DNA from: a virus
Lineage: Duplodnaviria > Caudoviricetes
Direction: 5' to 3' (one strand)
IMG/VR virus record: IMGVR_UViG_3300028864_000017
Length of the DNA stretch: 64,000 bases
The notes under the pieces were generated by a model. That model was not told where the DNA came from. It did not search any database and saw only the letters and a list, made by a program, of their open reading frames with translations. The translations under genes were made by a program, and so were the position numbers. Below, piece by piece: positions 30,730-37,667 of the stretch. Numbering within the stretch: the first letter of the stretch is position 1; each line of letters starts with the position of its first letter.

Positions 30730-30797
30730 ATAATATAATTATATTATTGTATATAAATAAAAATGTGTATCTTTACACTCAAATTAATAATTAAAAA

Positions 30798-31241
30798 ATG
30801 ATAATTAAAAATAAAAAAGCTTCTTATGAATATGAACTACTTGATAATTTTGTATCAGGTATTATATTAGTTGGAACAGAAATAAAATCAATTAGATTAG
30901 GTAAAGCTTCTATTGTTGATAGTTATTGTGCTTTTCAAGGTGATGAATTATTTTTATTGAATTCTCATATTGATGAATATGAATTTGGTAATAGATATAA
31001 TCATGAACCAAGACGACAAAGAAAACTTTTACTTAAAAAGAAAGAATTGTCTAAAATTCGTAAGAAAGTAAAAGAAAAAGGATTTACTATTATAGCTAAA
31101 AATATGTTTATAAATGAAAAAGGACTTTGTAAGGTTACTATTTGTATAGCAAAAGGTAAAAATACATATAGTAAAAAAGAACACATAAAAGAAAGAGATA
31201 TTAAAAGAGACACTGATAAAATCTTAAAATCTTATAAATAA
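30798..31241 (+). CDS. smpB: SsrA-binding protein
   Basis: NKKASYEY, GIILVGTEIKSIR, RKLLLKKKEL, AKGKNTYSKK..IKERD. Confidence 0.95.
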   Translation: MIIKNKKASYEYELLDNFVSGIILVGTEIKSIRLGKASIVDSYCAFQGDELFLLNSHIDEYEFGNRYNHEPRRQRKLLLKKKELSKIRKKVKEKGFTIIAKNMFINEKGLCKVTICIAKGKNTYSKKEHIKERDIKRDTDKILKSYK

Positions 31242-31248
31242 TATAAAC

Positions 31249-31695
31249 ATGATTAAATCAAGTAATTTAGATTATTGTTTTACCACACCTAAAAATTATT
31301 CAAGAAAGGGAGTTATATGTACTTGTTTATGCTCAATTGAACTTGATAATATTAGAACTGAATTGAATTCTATTAAAGTTGTTTATAGTGTGAATCCTAC
31401 TGGAGGCTATTCAATTCCAAAATTGTCAAAAAATGGTAGATTAAAAAAATATTGGAAAACTAATTATTGTAATTGGGGTACATTTAATGAAATAATAGAA
31501 ATTCCTTATATTTTTTCAAAATTGAAAAATGAGGATTATACTATAATAACATCTTTTTTTAAAAGAGATCATGTTATGATGCCATTTGTAGAAAAAATAA
31601 TAATAAATAATTTAAGTGAGTATAATTTACTTAAATTAAAAATTGATAGAAAAAATAAATTAGGAAATATTATAAAAGATTCATCATATGAATAA
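31249..31695 (+). CDS. hypothetical protein, C-terminal RKxKL family
   Basis: DRKNKLGNII near C-terminus. Confidence 0.65.
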   Translation: MIKSSNLDYCFTTPKNYSRKGVICTCLCSIELDNIRTELNSIKVVYSVNPTGGYSIPKLSKNGRLKKYWKTNYCNWGTFNEIIEIPYIFSKLKNEDYTIITSFFKRDHVMMPFVEKIIINNLSEYNLLKLKIDRKNKLGNIIKDSSYE

Positions 31696-31779
31696 ATTGA
31701 AAGATTTAATTGATATTAGTAGAAGAAGAAAATTATGCGAAATATAATTAAAAAATTATTTTATTTGATATAATTTTAT

Positions 31780-31787
31780 TATCTTTG
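31780..31787 (+). promoter_or_regulatory. Bacteroidota-type -7 element
   Basis: TATCTTTG about 20 nt before ATG 31809. Confidence 0.6.
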
Positions 31788-31808
31788 TGGTAAATAATAA
31801 ATAATAAT

Positions 31809-32864
31809 ATGAAAATTGAAACCTCAGATTGTGTAGCAGCAATTGTTGATTATTTCATTGAAAAAGATCTTCCAAACTACTCATTAGTACGTGCATCATC
31901 ATGGAAAAGAGTGTCAAAATCTGGTAAAGGTGATTCTATCATTAGAGTTTTTAGAAATTCTGACACGAAAGATTTAATTAATGTGACATCATCAGAACAT
32001 GAAATTTTAAGTGTGAGTGAAACTGGTGCACAACCAAATGTTTCAAATTTCAAGACATTTGTTGCTCCACAAAAAAGGACCATGAAGTGTAAATGTAAAA
32101 ATTGTGGCTCAAGTGAAGTTATGTTATGTATATCACCTTCTGATGGTGAAGATGGTTATGATTTTTATCCTAATAAACTAACACAGAAAAAAGCAAAAAA
32201 ATTAGTTAAAAATTCTGATGAATCTATTTGGATATGTCTTGGTAAATGTGAAGATGAAACTTCTGCAGTAGTTGAAATAGATGGTAAAAAAATAACAGAT
32301 TCAGATGATTTCATAGAATATATTGCTGATTATGGTAACCCAAAATTAGATAAAATTGATACAAATTCAATTCCTGTAAAAAAGAAAAATGATATTATAA
32401 AAGCAGTTAAGATTGGAGATTTAGAAGAAGTACGAGAATATATTAAAAATGGAGGTGATTTAGATTCTTATATAGGAGATTTACCCGAAAATAAAGATAC
32501 TAGTGATAGAGGTAATGTTCTACAAACTTTGTTATTATATGCAATAGATCAACAACAATGGGAAGTTGCTGTCAATCTTATAAATGGCGGATGTGATGTT
32601 AATAAACCTTATAAACATATCATTTCAACCCCATTGATGGAAATATTATCAAATAAGTATAAATCTTCAAAAATTTTGGATGTTATAGATGCATTGATGT
32701 CTCATGGTGCTGATTTGAGTATTAAAACTAATGGATATAATGATATAGATCTTGATGGAAAAGATGCTTTTGATTGTGCTGATATGTGGAGTAAAAAACA
32801 ACACAAACAACATATTATTGATAATTATCCAAAACAATATCAAGAATATTTAAAAAATAAATAA
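31809..32864 (+). CDS. protein with Cys-containing central region and C-terminal ankyrin repeats
   Basis: CKCKNCG; AVKIGDLEEVREYIKNGGD, TLLLYAI..LINGGCDVN, TPLM..GADL. Confidence 0.78.
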   Translation: MKIETSDCVAAIVDYFIEKDLPNYSLVRASSWKRVSKSGKGDSIIRVFRNSDTKDLINVTSSEHEILSVSETGAQPNVSNFKTFVAPQKRTMKCKCKNCGSSEVMLCISPSDGEDGYDFYPNKLTQKKAKKLVKNSDESIWICLGKCEDETSAVVEIDGKKITDSDDFIEYIADYGNPKLDKIDTNSIPVKKKNDIIKAVKIGDLEEVREYIKNGGDLDSYIGDLPENKDTSDRGNVLQTLLLYAIDQQQWEVAVNLINGGCDVNKPYKHIISTPLMEILSNKYKSSKILDVIDALMSHGADLSIKTNGYNDIDLDGKDAFDCADMWSKKQHKQHIIDNYPKQYQEYLKNK

Positions 32865-32866
32865 TT

Positions 32867-33235
32867 ATGAATCTAACTGCAGAAAATGTACACGACATTT
32901 TTAAAAAATGTTTATCTAATGATAGTGTAGAAACAAAAATAGTAGATGGTGTATTAACCAAAGCTAATTTTTGTGTTAAAAAATTGGAAGAAAATAAATC
33001 CAACATATCAGATATGCTAAATGATTTACCTGATAATTTTAAAAAAGGAACTGGTGATGGATGGTCATTTCTCAATATGTGTGAGGATAAGAATGGGGTT
33101 CAATGGACAGATTTTCATGTTACTGTTGATGAATTGGTTTGTTTAGGTATAGCAGTTGATAAAATGACGTATTTGATGCCTAGAGAGTTGTGGAATGTTC
33201 TACCTGGAGGTATGCCTTATTTGGTAATAAATTAG
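32867..33235 (+). CDS. hypothetical phage protein
   Basis: GWSFLNMC, QWT, LPGGMPY motifs. Confidence 0.8.
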   Translation: MNLTAENVHDIFKKCLSNDSVETKIVDGVLTKANFCVKKLEENKSNISDMLNDLPDNFKKGTGDGWSFLNMCEDKNGVQWTDFHVTVDELVCLGIAVDKMTYLMPRELWNVLPGGMPYLVIN

Positions 33236-33729
33236 AAAATATGAAGGAATTTAAGATTAATAAAGATAAAAAGCAATTAAATAAAAAAGATTGTTATGAA
33301 ATTGTAGTCACTTTTATGGAAGGTGATGCAGATGGTTTTGAAAAATTAAATTTTGTTTTTGATAAATCTAAATTAGAAAATTTGGTTTTTAAAAAATATG
33401 TATCAGATTTTATTGATTCTATTGATGCCTGTGTGGAACTTGATAATAAAGGTAGATTAGGATTTAATAGTGTGGAAGAAACCGCTAAATGGTATGGATA
33501 TGGAAAAGATAGATGCAAACACAATTATGGTGGTGCTGTTGAATGGGGTAGATTTTGTGAATGTAGAAATGAATTAAGTAATAAATTTGATGATTTAGCA
33601 CCTTATCAAGAAGAAGATAATTTCTTTTCTTATACTATTCCAAATGATGAATGGTATACTTCATATGATAGAATTGATATGTATTATTATGATTCAAATG
33701 GTATTAGATTTGATGTTGATATAGAATAA
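33190..33729 (+). CDS. hypothetical protein (likely start 33241)
   Basis: ORF track. Confidence 0.7.
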   Translation: MECSTWRYALFGNKLENMKEFKINKDKKQLNKKDCYEIVVTFMEGDADGFEKLNFVFDKSKLENLVFKKYVSDFIDSIDACVELDNKGRLGFNSVEETAKWYGYGKDRCKHNYGGAVEWGRFCECRNELSNKFDDLAPYQEEDNFFSYTIPNDEWYTSYDRIDMYYYDSNGIRFDVDIE

Positions 33730-33806
33730 TATCTTAAAATAATTGTATAAAATATAAATAATATTAATATTTTATATAATTATTTTTAAGAGATAAAAAA
33801 ATACTT

Positions 33807-33814
33807 TATCTTTG
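33807..33814 (+). promoter_or_regulatory. Bacteroidota-type -7 element
   Basis: TATCTTTG about 30 nt before ATG 33845. Confidence 0.6.
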
Positions 33815-33844
33815 TGACACAATTAAAAATAACACAAAGAAATT

Positions 33845-34237
33845 ATGAGAAGAAGAATTTTAGAAACATCAGATGAAATTATACAAGATAAAATATGTAG
33901 ATTTTTAGAAATAAATTTTCATAAAACTGCGATTTTTGAGGACACAAGAGCTAAGAAAGTTTGGCATATTACAAATTCAAAAACTCCTAAAAATTATAAT
34001 TTTTTTAGTGAATTTTCAAAAGAAATACAGGCTATTGAACATAGCAAAGAAGAATATGATAGAGTTCGAAATGAACATGAAAAAATAAAACCAAATATTT
34101 TCATTGGTGGAAATTTTATTGCTGCTGGTGTAGATATTGATGAAGCTATTCAAAGCTTAAAAATGTTAGGTAGACGTAGAGATGAATCATTATTTGAAGT
34201 TGAAGAATTTGACGGTATTTGGATTGCATATGATTAA
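33845..34237 (+). CDS. hypothetical protein
   Basis: ORF track. Confidence 0.7.
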   Translation: MRRRILETSDEIIQDKICRFLEINFHKTAIFEDTRAKKVWHITNSKTPKNYNFFSEFSKEIQAIEHSKEEYDRVRNEHEKIKPNIFIGGNFIAAGVDIDEAIQSLKMLGRRRDESLFEVEEFDGIWIAYD

Positions 34238-34263
34238 AAATTTAATAATTTTAAAAAATAATT

Positions 34264-34464
34264 ATGAAAAAATTTAATAAAATATTTAATAATATTTTCG
34301 TGATATTAGTTATGATATCGAATATTATAATTATGTATAATATTATTATTTTAGATGAACAAATAAGCAACAATTATTTGTTTATCGGATTGTCTGGATT
34401 AATTTTATTTTGTACAGAAATTATAACAAGAGAAATAAAAAACAATAGGAATGAGAACATTTGA
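34264..34464 (+). CDS. small membrane protein (two hydrophobic segments)
   Basis: IFVILVMISNIIIMY and YLFIGLSGLILFC. Confidence 0.6.
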   Translation: MKKFNKIFNNIFVILVMISNIIIMYNIIILDEQISNNYLFIGLSGLILFCTEIITREIKNNRNENI

Positions 34465-34753
34465 AGATTTCACTAAGCAAGAACCAATGTATGTAATTAA
34501 AGTTAAAGATAAGGAATTATATTTAAATAATACATCATTTGGATTTAAAGGTAGTGAGACAACATATAAAATAATTTGTAAATATCCTGAGATTTTTGCA
34601 AGTAGAAGTGATTGTAATGAAACACTATCTTTTTATAAATTAGGAAAAGATAAGATAATCAATGACATATCATTTTTTAATAAAAATGGTGAATTAGAAA
34701 AAGATAATTCGACTGTTGATGACTTAGAAATAAAAAAAATAAAAATAATATAG
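34451..34753 (+). CDS. hypothetical protein
   Basis: ORF track. Confidence 0.7.
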   Translation: MRTFEDFTKQEPMYVIKVKDKELYLNNTSFGFKGSETTYKIICKYPEIFASRSDCNETLSFYKLGKDKIINDISFFNKNGELEKDNSTVDDLEIKKIKII

Positions 34754-34819
34754 TAATATTAGGTATATTGAATAAATTGTATTACTTTTGTACTATAAAT
34801 AATAATTAAAAAATAAATT

Positions 34820-34999
34820 ATGAAATCAAAAAGTGTATTATTAGTTTTCGTTGTTTCTGTGATGTTGTGTAGTTGTTCACAAAATGGACTTTATAATAGT
34901 AAAAATACTCACAAAAACAGCACAAAGAATCATGAAGTCAATTCAAATGGTTTATATGCATATGAATATTTCAAAAATAATACAATATATATTTGGTAG
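34820..34999 (+). CDS. small lipoprotein (59 aa, not in ORF track)
   Basis: MKSKSVLLVFVVSVMLCSC signal peptide II with lipobox; -7 element TACTTTTG at 34783. Confidence 0.7.
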   Translation: MKSKSVLLVFVVSVMLCSCSQNGLYNSKNTHKNSTKNHEVNSNGLYAYEYFKNNTIYIW

Positions 35000-35023
35000 A
35001 TTAAAAACTTTATTGTAATTTTG
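34992..35023 (+). promoter_or_regulatory. Bacteroidota-type promoter, copy 1 of a duplicated 32-bp promoter
   Basis: TTTG-N20-TAATTTTG; 30/32 identical to 35760-35791. Confidence 0.8.
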
Positions 35024-35041
35024 TTTTAAAATATAAGAGAT

Positions 35042-35227
35042 CGGTTGGTAGCTCAATAGGTAGAGCAGTTGGATTAGTTAATTCTAATCGTATTAATAAG
35101 AAAAAATTTTAAAGAAGTAAGTGATTCAATATAATTAGCTAATGTGGAGAATGACTGAAAATGAGAGATTAATATTGTTAATATCATAACAGGCAAAAGA
35201 TAGGGGGTTCGAATCCTTCCCAACTGA
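35042..35227 (+). ncRNA. tRNA-like RNA with about 120-nt insert replacing the anticodon loop (intron-containing tRNA or tRNA mimic)
   Basis: acceptor cggttgg/ccaactg+A, D arm gctc-aataggta-gagc, T arm ggggg-ttcgaat-ccttc; no clean anticodon arm. Confidence 0.7.
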
Positions 35228-35243
35228 CAATAAATTATGAAAA

Positions 35244-35714
35244 ATGGAAAAAATTTTAATATTTAAAAATTTTAAGGATATTCCATTTGGAAAAATATTT
35301 CAAATAAGGTTTAAAGAACCTATGGGAATAAAAGAATGTCCATATTTATATAGATGGACATTAATTATTTTTGGATATTCATTTAGATTACACCACTGGC
35401 TTAGATCAGATGATAGACGTTTTTTTCATGATCACTCATGTGATTTAATATCAATAATAATAAAAGGCAAATACTTTAATGTAATACCAGATGAAAATGG
35501 AAATCCTGTTAAGTATTTAGCTGAAGCATGGAAGCCACGTTTTATGAAAGCAGAACAAAGACATTACTTAGATATACCAAAAGAAGGAGCTTGGACAATT
35601 TTATTGTGTTCAAAATCATATCATAAATGGGGATTCTATGTGAATAATCACAAATGGAGACCATTAAGATATTTTCATAAGTTTGGAATTATTCAAACAG
35701 CAGATTATCAATAA
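35244..35714 (+). CDS. cupin-like protein
   Basis: LHHWL, FHDHSCDLISIIIKG, RHY, WTILL, WGF pattern. Confidence 0.6.
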   Translation: MEKILIFKNFKDIPFGKIFQIRFKEPMGIKECPYLYRWTLIIFGYSFRLHHWLRSDDRRFFHDHSCDLISIIIKGKYFNVIPDENGNPVKYLAEAWKPRFMKAEQRHYLDIPKEGAWTILLCSKSYHKWGFYVNNHKWRPLRYFHKFGIIQTADYQ

Positions 35715-35759
35715 AATATAGTGATTAAATAAAATAAATCGAAAATAATTCAATAAATG

Positions 35760-35791
35760 TTTGGTAGATTGAAAACTTTATTGTACTTTTG
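35760..35791 (+). promoter_or_regulatory. Bacteroidota-type promoter for the leader and tRNA array (copy 2)
   Basis: TTTG-N20-TACTTTTG. Confidence 0.8.
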
Positions 35792-35892
35792 TACTATCAT
35801 ATTAAAAGAAATCAAAAATAGAAAAAAATGATATTTTTTCTATTATATATAACAAAGAATAAAAAACATAACAAGATAAAATTTTAGAAATC

Positions 35893-36000
35893 ATGAGAGC
35901 AATAAGTAAACATAGTAGTTCATCAAAATCCTTTAAATTCTGGTTTAGAAAAACCAAGTTTGGAACAGATACTTCTTGTCTTATTGTTAATATAAGCTAA
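35893..36000 (+). CDS. putative attenuator leader peptide (35 aa) MRAISKHSSSSKSFKFWFRKTKFGTDTSCLIVNIS
   Basis: A-rich leader then ATG; codons 5-23 are 17/19 Ser/Lys/His/Phe/Trp, matching the downstream tRNAs. Confidence 0.75.
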   Translation: MRAISKHSSSSKSFKFWFRKTKFGTDTSCLIVNIS

Positions 36001-36037
36001 CATTAATAAATGTAAAAAAGAAATATAAATCCAAACT
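35957..36037 (+). promoter_or_regulatory. putative antiterminator
   Basis: agtttgga (35957-35964) is complementary to terminator 5' arm tccaaact (36030-36037); inner helices ttctt/aagaa, cttat/ataag, acatt/aatgt. Confidence 0.65.
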
Positions 36038-36058
36038 CAAAAAGTTTGGATTTTTTTT
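36028..36058 (+). terminator. intrinsic terminator (attenuator) in front of the tRNA array
   Basis: aatccaaact-caaaa-agtttggatt followed by a U tract. Confidence 0.88.
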
Positions 36059-36101
36059 GTTTAAATAAGTTCTTTGAAATATTAGATATGAAATAAATTA
36101 T

Positions 36102-36186
36102 GTACCTGGAGCTCGGTTGGAGACGTAAGTCGTTGAGCCAATGTCTTTTAAACATTAGGTCGTGGGTTCAAGTCCCATCAGGTACA
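36102..36186 (+). tRNA. tRNA-Lys(UUU) with enlarged D loop
   Basis: gtacctg/caggtac; aatgt-ctTTTaa-acatt; T loop ttcaagt; 20-nt D loop containing gac-gtaa-gtc. Confidence 0.85.
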
Positions 36187-36190
36187 CAAT

Positions 36191-36263
36191 GGACCGTTAG
36201 CTCAGTTGGTAGAGCTTAAAACTTTTAATTTTAAGGTCGTGAGTTCAAATCTCACACGGTTCA
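36191..36263 (+). tRNA. tRNA-Lys(UUU)
   Basis: ggaccgt/acggttc; taaaa-ctTTTaa-tttta; canonical D and T arms. Confidence 0.93.
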
Positions 36264-36392
36264 CATTTGTCATAGTGGATGACAGTTATTCAGTTAGGCT
36301 GGGCATAAAAATTATCCATCGGAATGGTGAGAAGCTATTATAAAAAATAAATATAAAATCATGGGGTAAAGTTAGATTTCGACAAAAAATTT

Positions 36393-36704
36393 ATGACACA
36401 AAGAGATGAAACAGGACGATTCATTGTTAAGTCATTAAAAACAGGTAAAAGTTATTATGTGGAACCAATTGGTTCAAAAAGATCATCAAGTTGGGGATCA
36501 TATAATCCAAGTACAGGTGATATTGAACATAAAAAAGGATATGATAAATATTCAGGTGCAATATCAGAAGATGAAAGCCTAATTACAAAAGAAAATGGAT
36601 TTGAAGATATTACATATTCAGGAATAGGTGTTTCACCATTCTCAGTGATTGAGAAATTAGATTTAGAATATGAAAGAAAAATAATACTTGATAAAAACAA
36701 GTAA
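36393..36704 (+). CDS. hypothetical protein within the tRNA array
   Basis: ETGRFIVKSLKTGKSYYVEPIG...ITKENGF; open frame with A-rich leader. Confidence 0.8.
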   Translation: MTQRDETGRFIVKSLKTGKSYYVEPIGSKRSSSWGSYNPSTGDIEHKKGYDKYSGAISEDESLITKENGFEDITYSGIGVSPFSVIEKLDLEYERKIILDKNK

Positions 36705-36712
36705 TGGTATAA

Positions 36713-36787
36713 GGGAAGGTAGCTCCAAATGAGTAGAGCATCACGTTGAAGCCGTGAGTGTTATGGGTTCGAGTCCCATTCTTCCCA
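36713..36787 (+). tRNA. tRNA-Phe(GAA)
   Basis: gggaagg/tcttccc; tcacg-ttGAAgc-cgtga; T loop ttcgagt. Confidence 0.92.
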
Positions 36788-36796
36788 CAAAAATAT

Positions 36797-36877
36797 GCGT
36801 CAGTATGCAAGTGGCTAAAGCTGTTGGTCTCCAAAACCAATCCGTAAGGTTCGTGGGTTCAAATCCTGCCTGGCGTG
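36797..36877 (+). tRNA. tRNA-Trp(CCA) with long variable region
   Basis: gcgtcag/ctggcgt; ttggt-ctCCAaa-accaa; 12-nt variable region. Confidence 0.88.
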
Positions 36878-36910
36878 CAATGATATTCTAAGAGTAGAAT
36901 ATTATAACTT

Positions 36911-37001
36911 GGAAGTATAAGCCCAGTTGGTCTAAGGGTAGCTGTCCTGAAAACAGTAGGTCGCTAAAAACGGCGTGTGGGTTCAAGTCCTACTACTTCC
37001 G
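36911..37001 (+). tRNA. tRNA-Ser(UGA), C at position 33
   Basis: ggaagta/tacttcc+G; gctgt-ccTGAaa-acagt; long variable arm. Confidence 0.88.
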
Positions 37002-37009
37002 CAAAAAAT

Positions 37010-37097
37010 GGTAAGTTAAGCAGTCAATTGGAGTGGCGACTAGCCTTGAAAACTAGGTTTCGTTTAATCGGATGGGGGTCGGGTCCTCAACTTACCG
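37010..37097 (+). tRNA. tRNA-Ser(UGA), divergent T loop
   Basis: ggtaagt/acttacc+G; ctagc-ctTGAaa-actag; long variable arm; T loop gtcgggt. Confidence 0.78.
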
Positions 37098-37111
37098 CAA
37101 ATTATTAAAAA

Positions 37112-37184
37112 GGAGATTAAGCTAATCTGGTGAAAGCGTATGCCTGAAGAGCATGAGAGATTGGATCAAAACCAATAATCTCCA
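37112..37184 (+). tRNA. tRNA-Phe(GAA), divergent T loop
   Basis: ggagatt/aatctcc; tatgc-ctGAAga-gcatg; T arm attgg-atcaaaa-ccaat. Confidence 0.85.
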
Positions 37185-37189
37185 CATAA

Positions 37190-37280
37190 GGAAAATTAAG
37201 TCCATAATTGGTATTGGCGCAGTTTGCTAAACTGTTCATCGAGTTAAATCGGTGTGAGGGTCCAAGTCCCCCATTTTCCG
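37190..37280 (+). tRNA. tRNA-Ser(GCU)
   Basis: ggaaaat/attttcc+G; gcagt-ttGCTaa-actgt; long variable arm. Confidence 0.85.
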
Positions 37281-37309
37281 CAAATATTCAGAATGTGAAT
37301 ATTATATAT

Positions 37310-37397
37310 GTCACTTGTAGTCGGTAAGGGATGCCGCCCTGATTGTGGTTCAGGAATACTTAATAGTTAATGTGGGTTCGAATCCCATCTGGTGACC
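37310..37397 (+). tRNA. tRNA-His(GUG) with long variable region
   Basis: cctga-ttGTGgt-tcagg; T arm gtggg-ttcgaat-cccat; about 17-nt variable insert. Confidence 0.8.
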
Positions 37398-37405
37398 AAA
37401 TATAT

Positions 37406-37480
37406 GGTGGATATAGTGTTAGCGGTTAGCACGTTAGGTTGTGGTCCTAAAAGGTTCGGTTCGAATCCGAATATTCACCC
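37406..37480 (+). tRNA. tRNA-His(GUG)
   Basis: ggtggata/tattcacc; ttagg-ttGTGgt-cctaa; T loop ttcgaat. Confidence 0.92.
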
Positions 37481-37486
37481 CAAAAA

Positions 37487-37577
37487 AAAGATTATTGATG
37501 AAGTGCTGGAAGCCTTAGTTCGATTCTGATAGTCACTGATTAGTCATCAGTAAAGGTTGACAACCTTTGTAATCTTT
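37487..37577 (+). ncRNA. structured RNA with T-loop-like arm, no anticodon arm
   Basis: closing stem aaagatta/taatcttt; ttag-ttcgatt-ctga; actgat/atcagt; aaaggt/accttt. Confidence 0.5.
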
Positions 37578-37591
37578 TTTGACATTAAAAT

Positions 37592-37663
37592 GCTCTTGTA
37601 GCTTAATGGTAGAGCTGTTCCCTCTTAAGGAAAGGGTTGTGGGTTCGATTCCCACCAAGAGCA
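37592..37663 (+). tRNA. tRNA-Lys(CUU)
   Basis: gctcttg/caagagc; gttcc-ctCTTaa-ggaaa; T loop ttcgatt. Confidence 0.92.
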
Positions 37664-37667
37664 CAAA

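Noticed and set aside
35042-35227. Mini-tmRNA interpretation (insert contains GCT AAT GTG GAG AAT GAC TGA, ANVEND*)
   Set aside because: It has a canonical D stem, G-U at 2:71 rather than 3:70 in the standard register, no YALAA-like tag and no matching resume-codon context. Kept only as a tRNA-like RNA.
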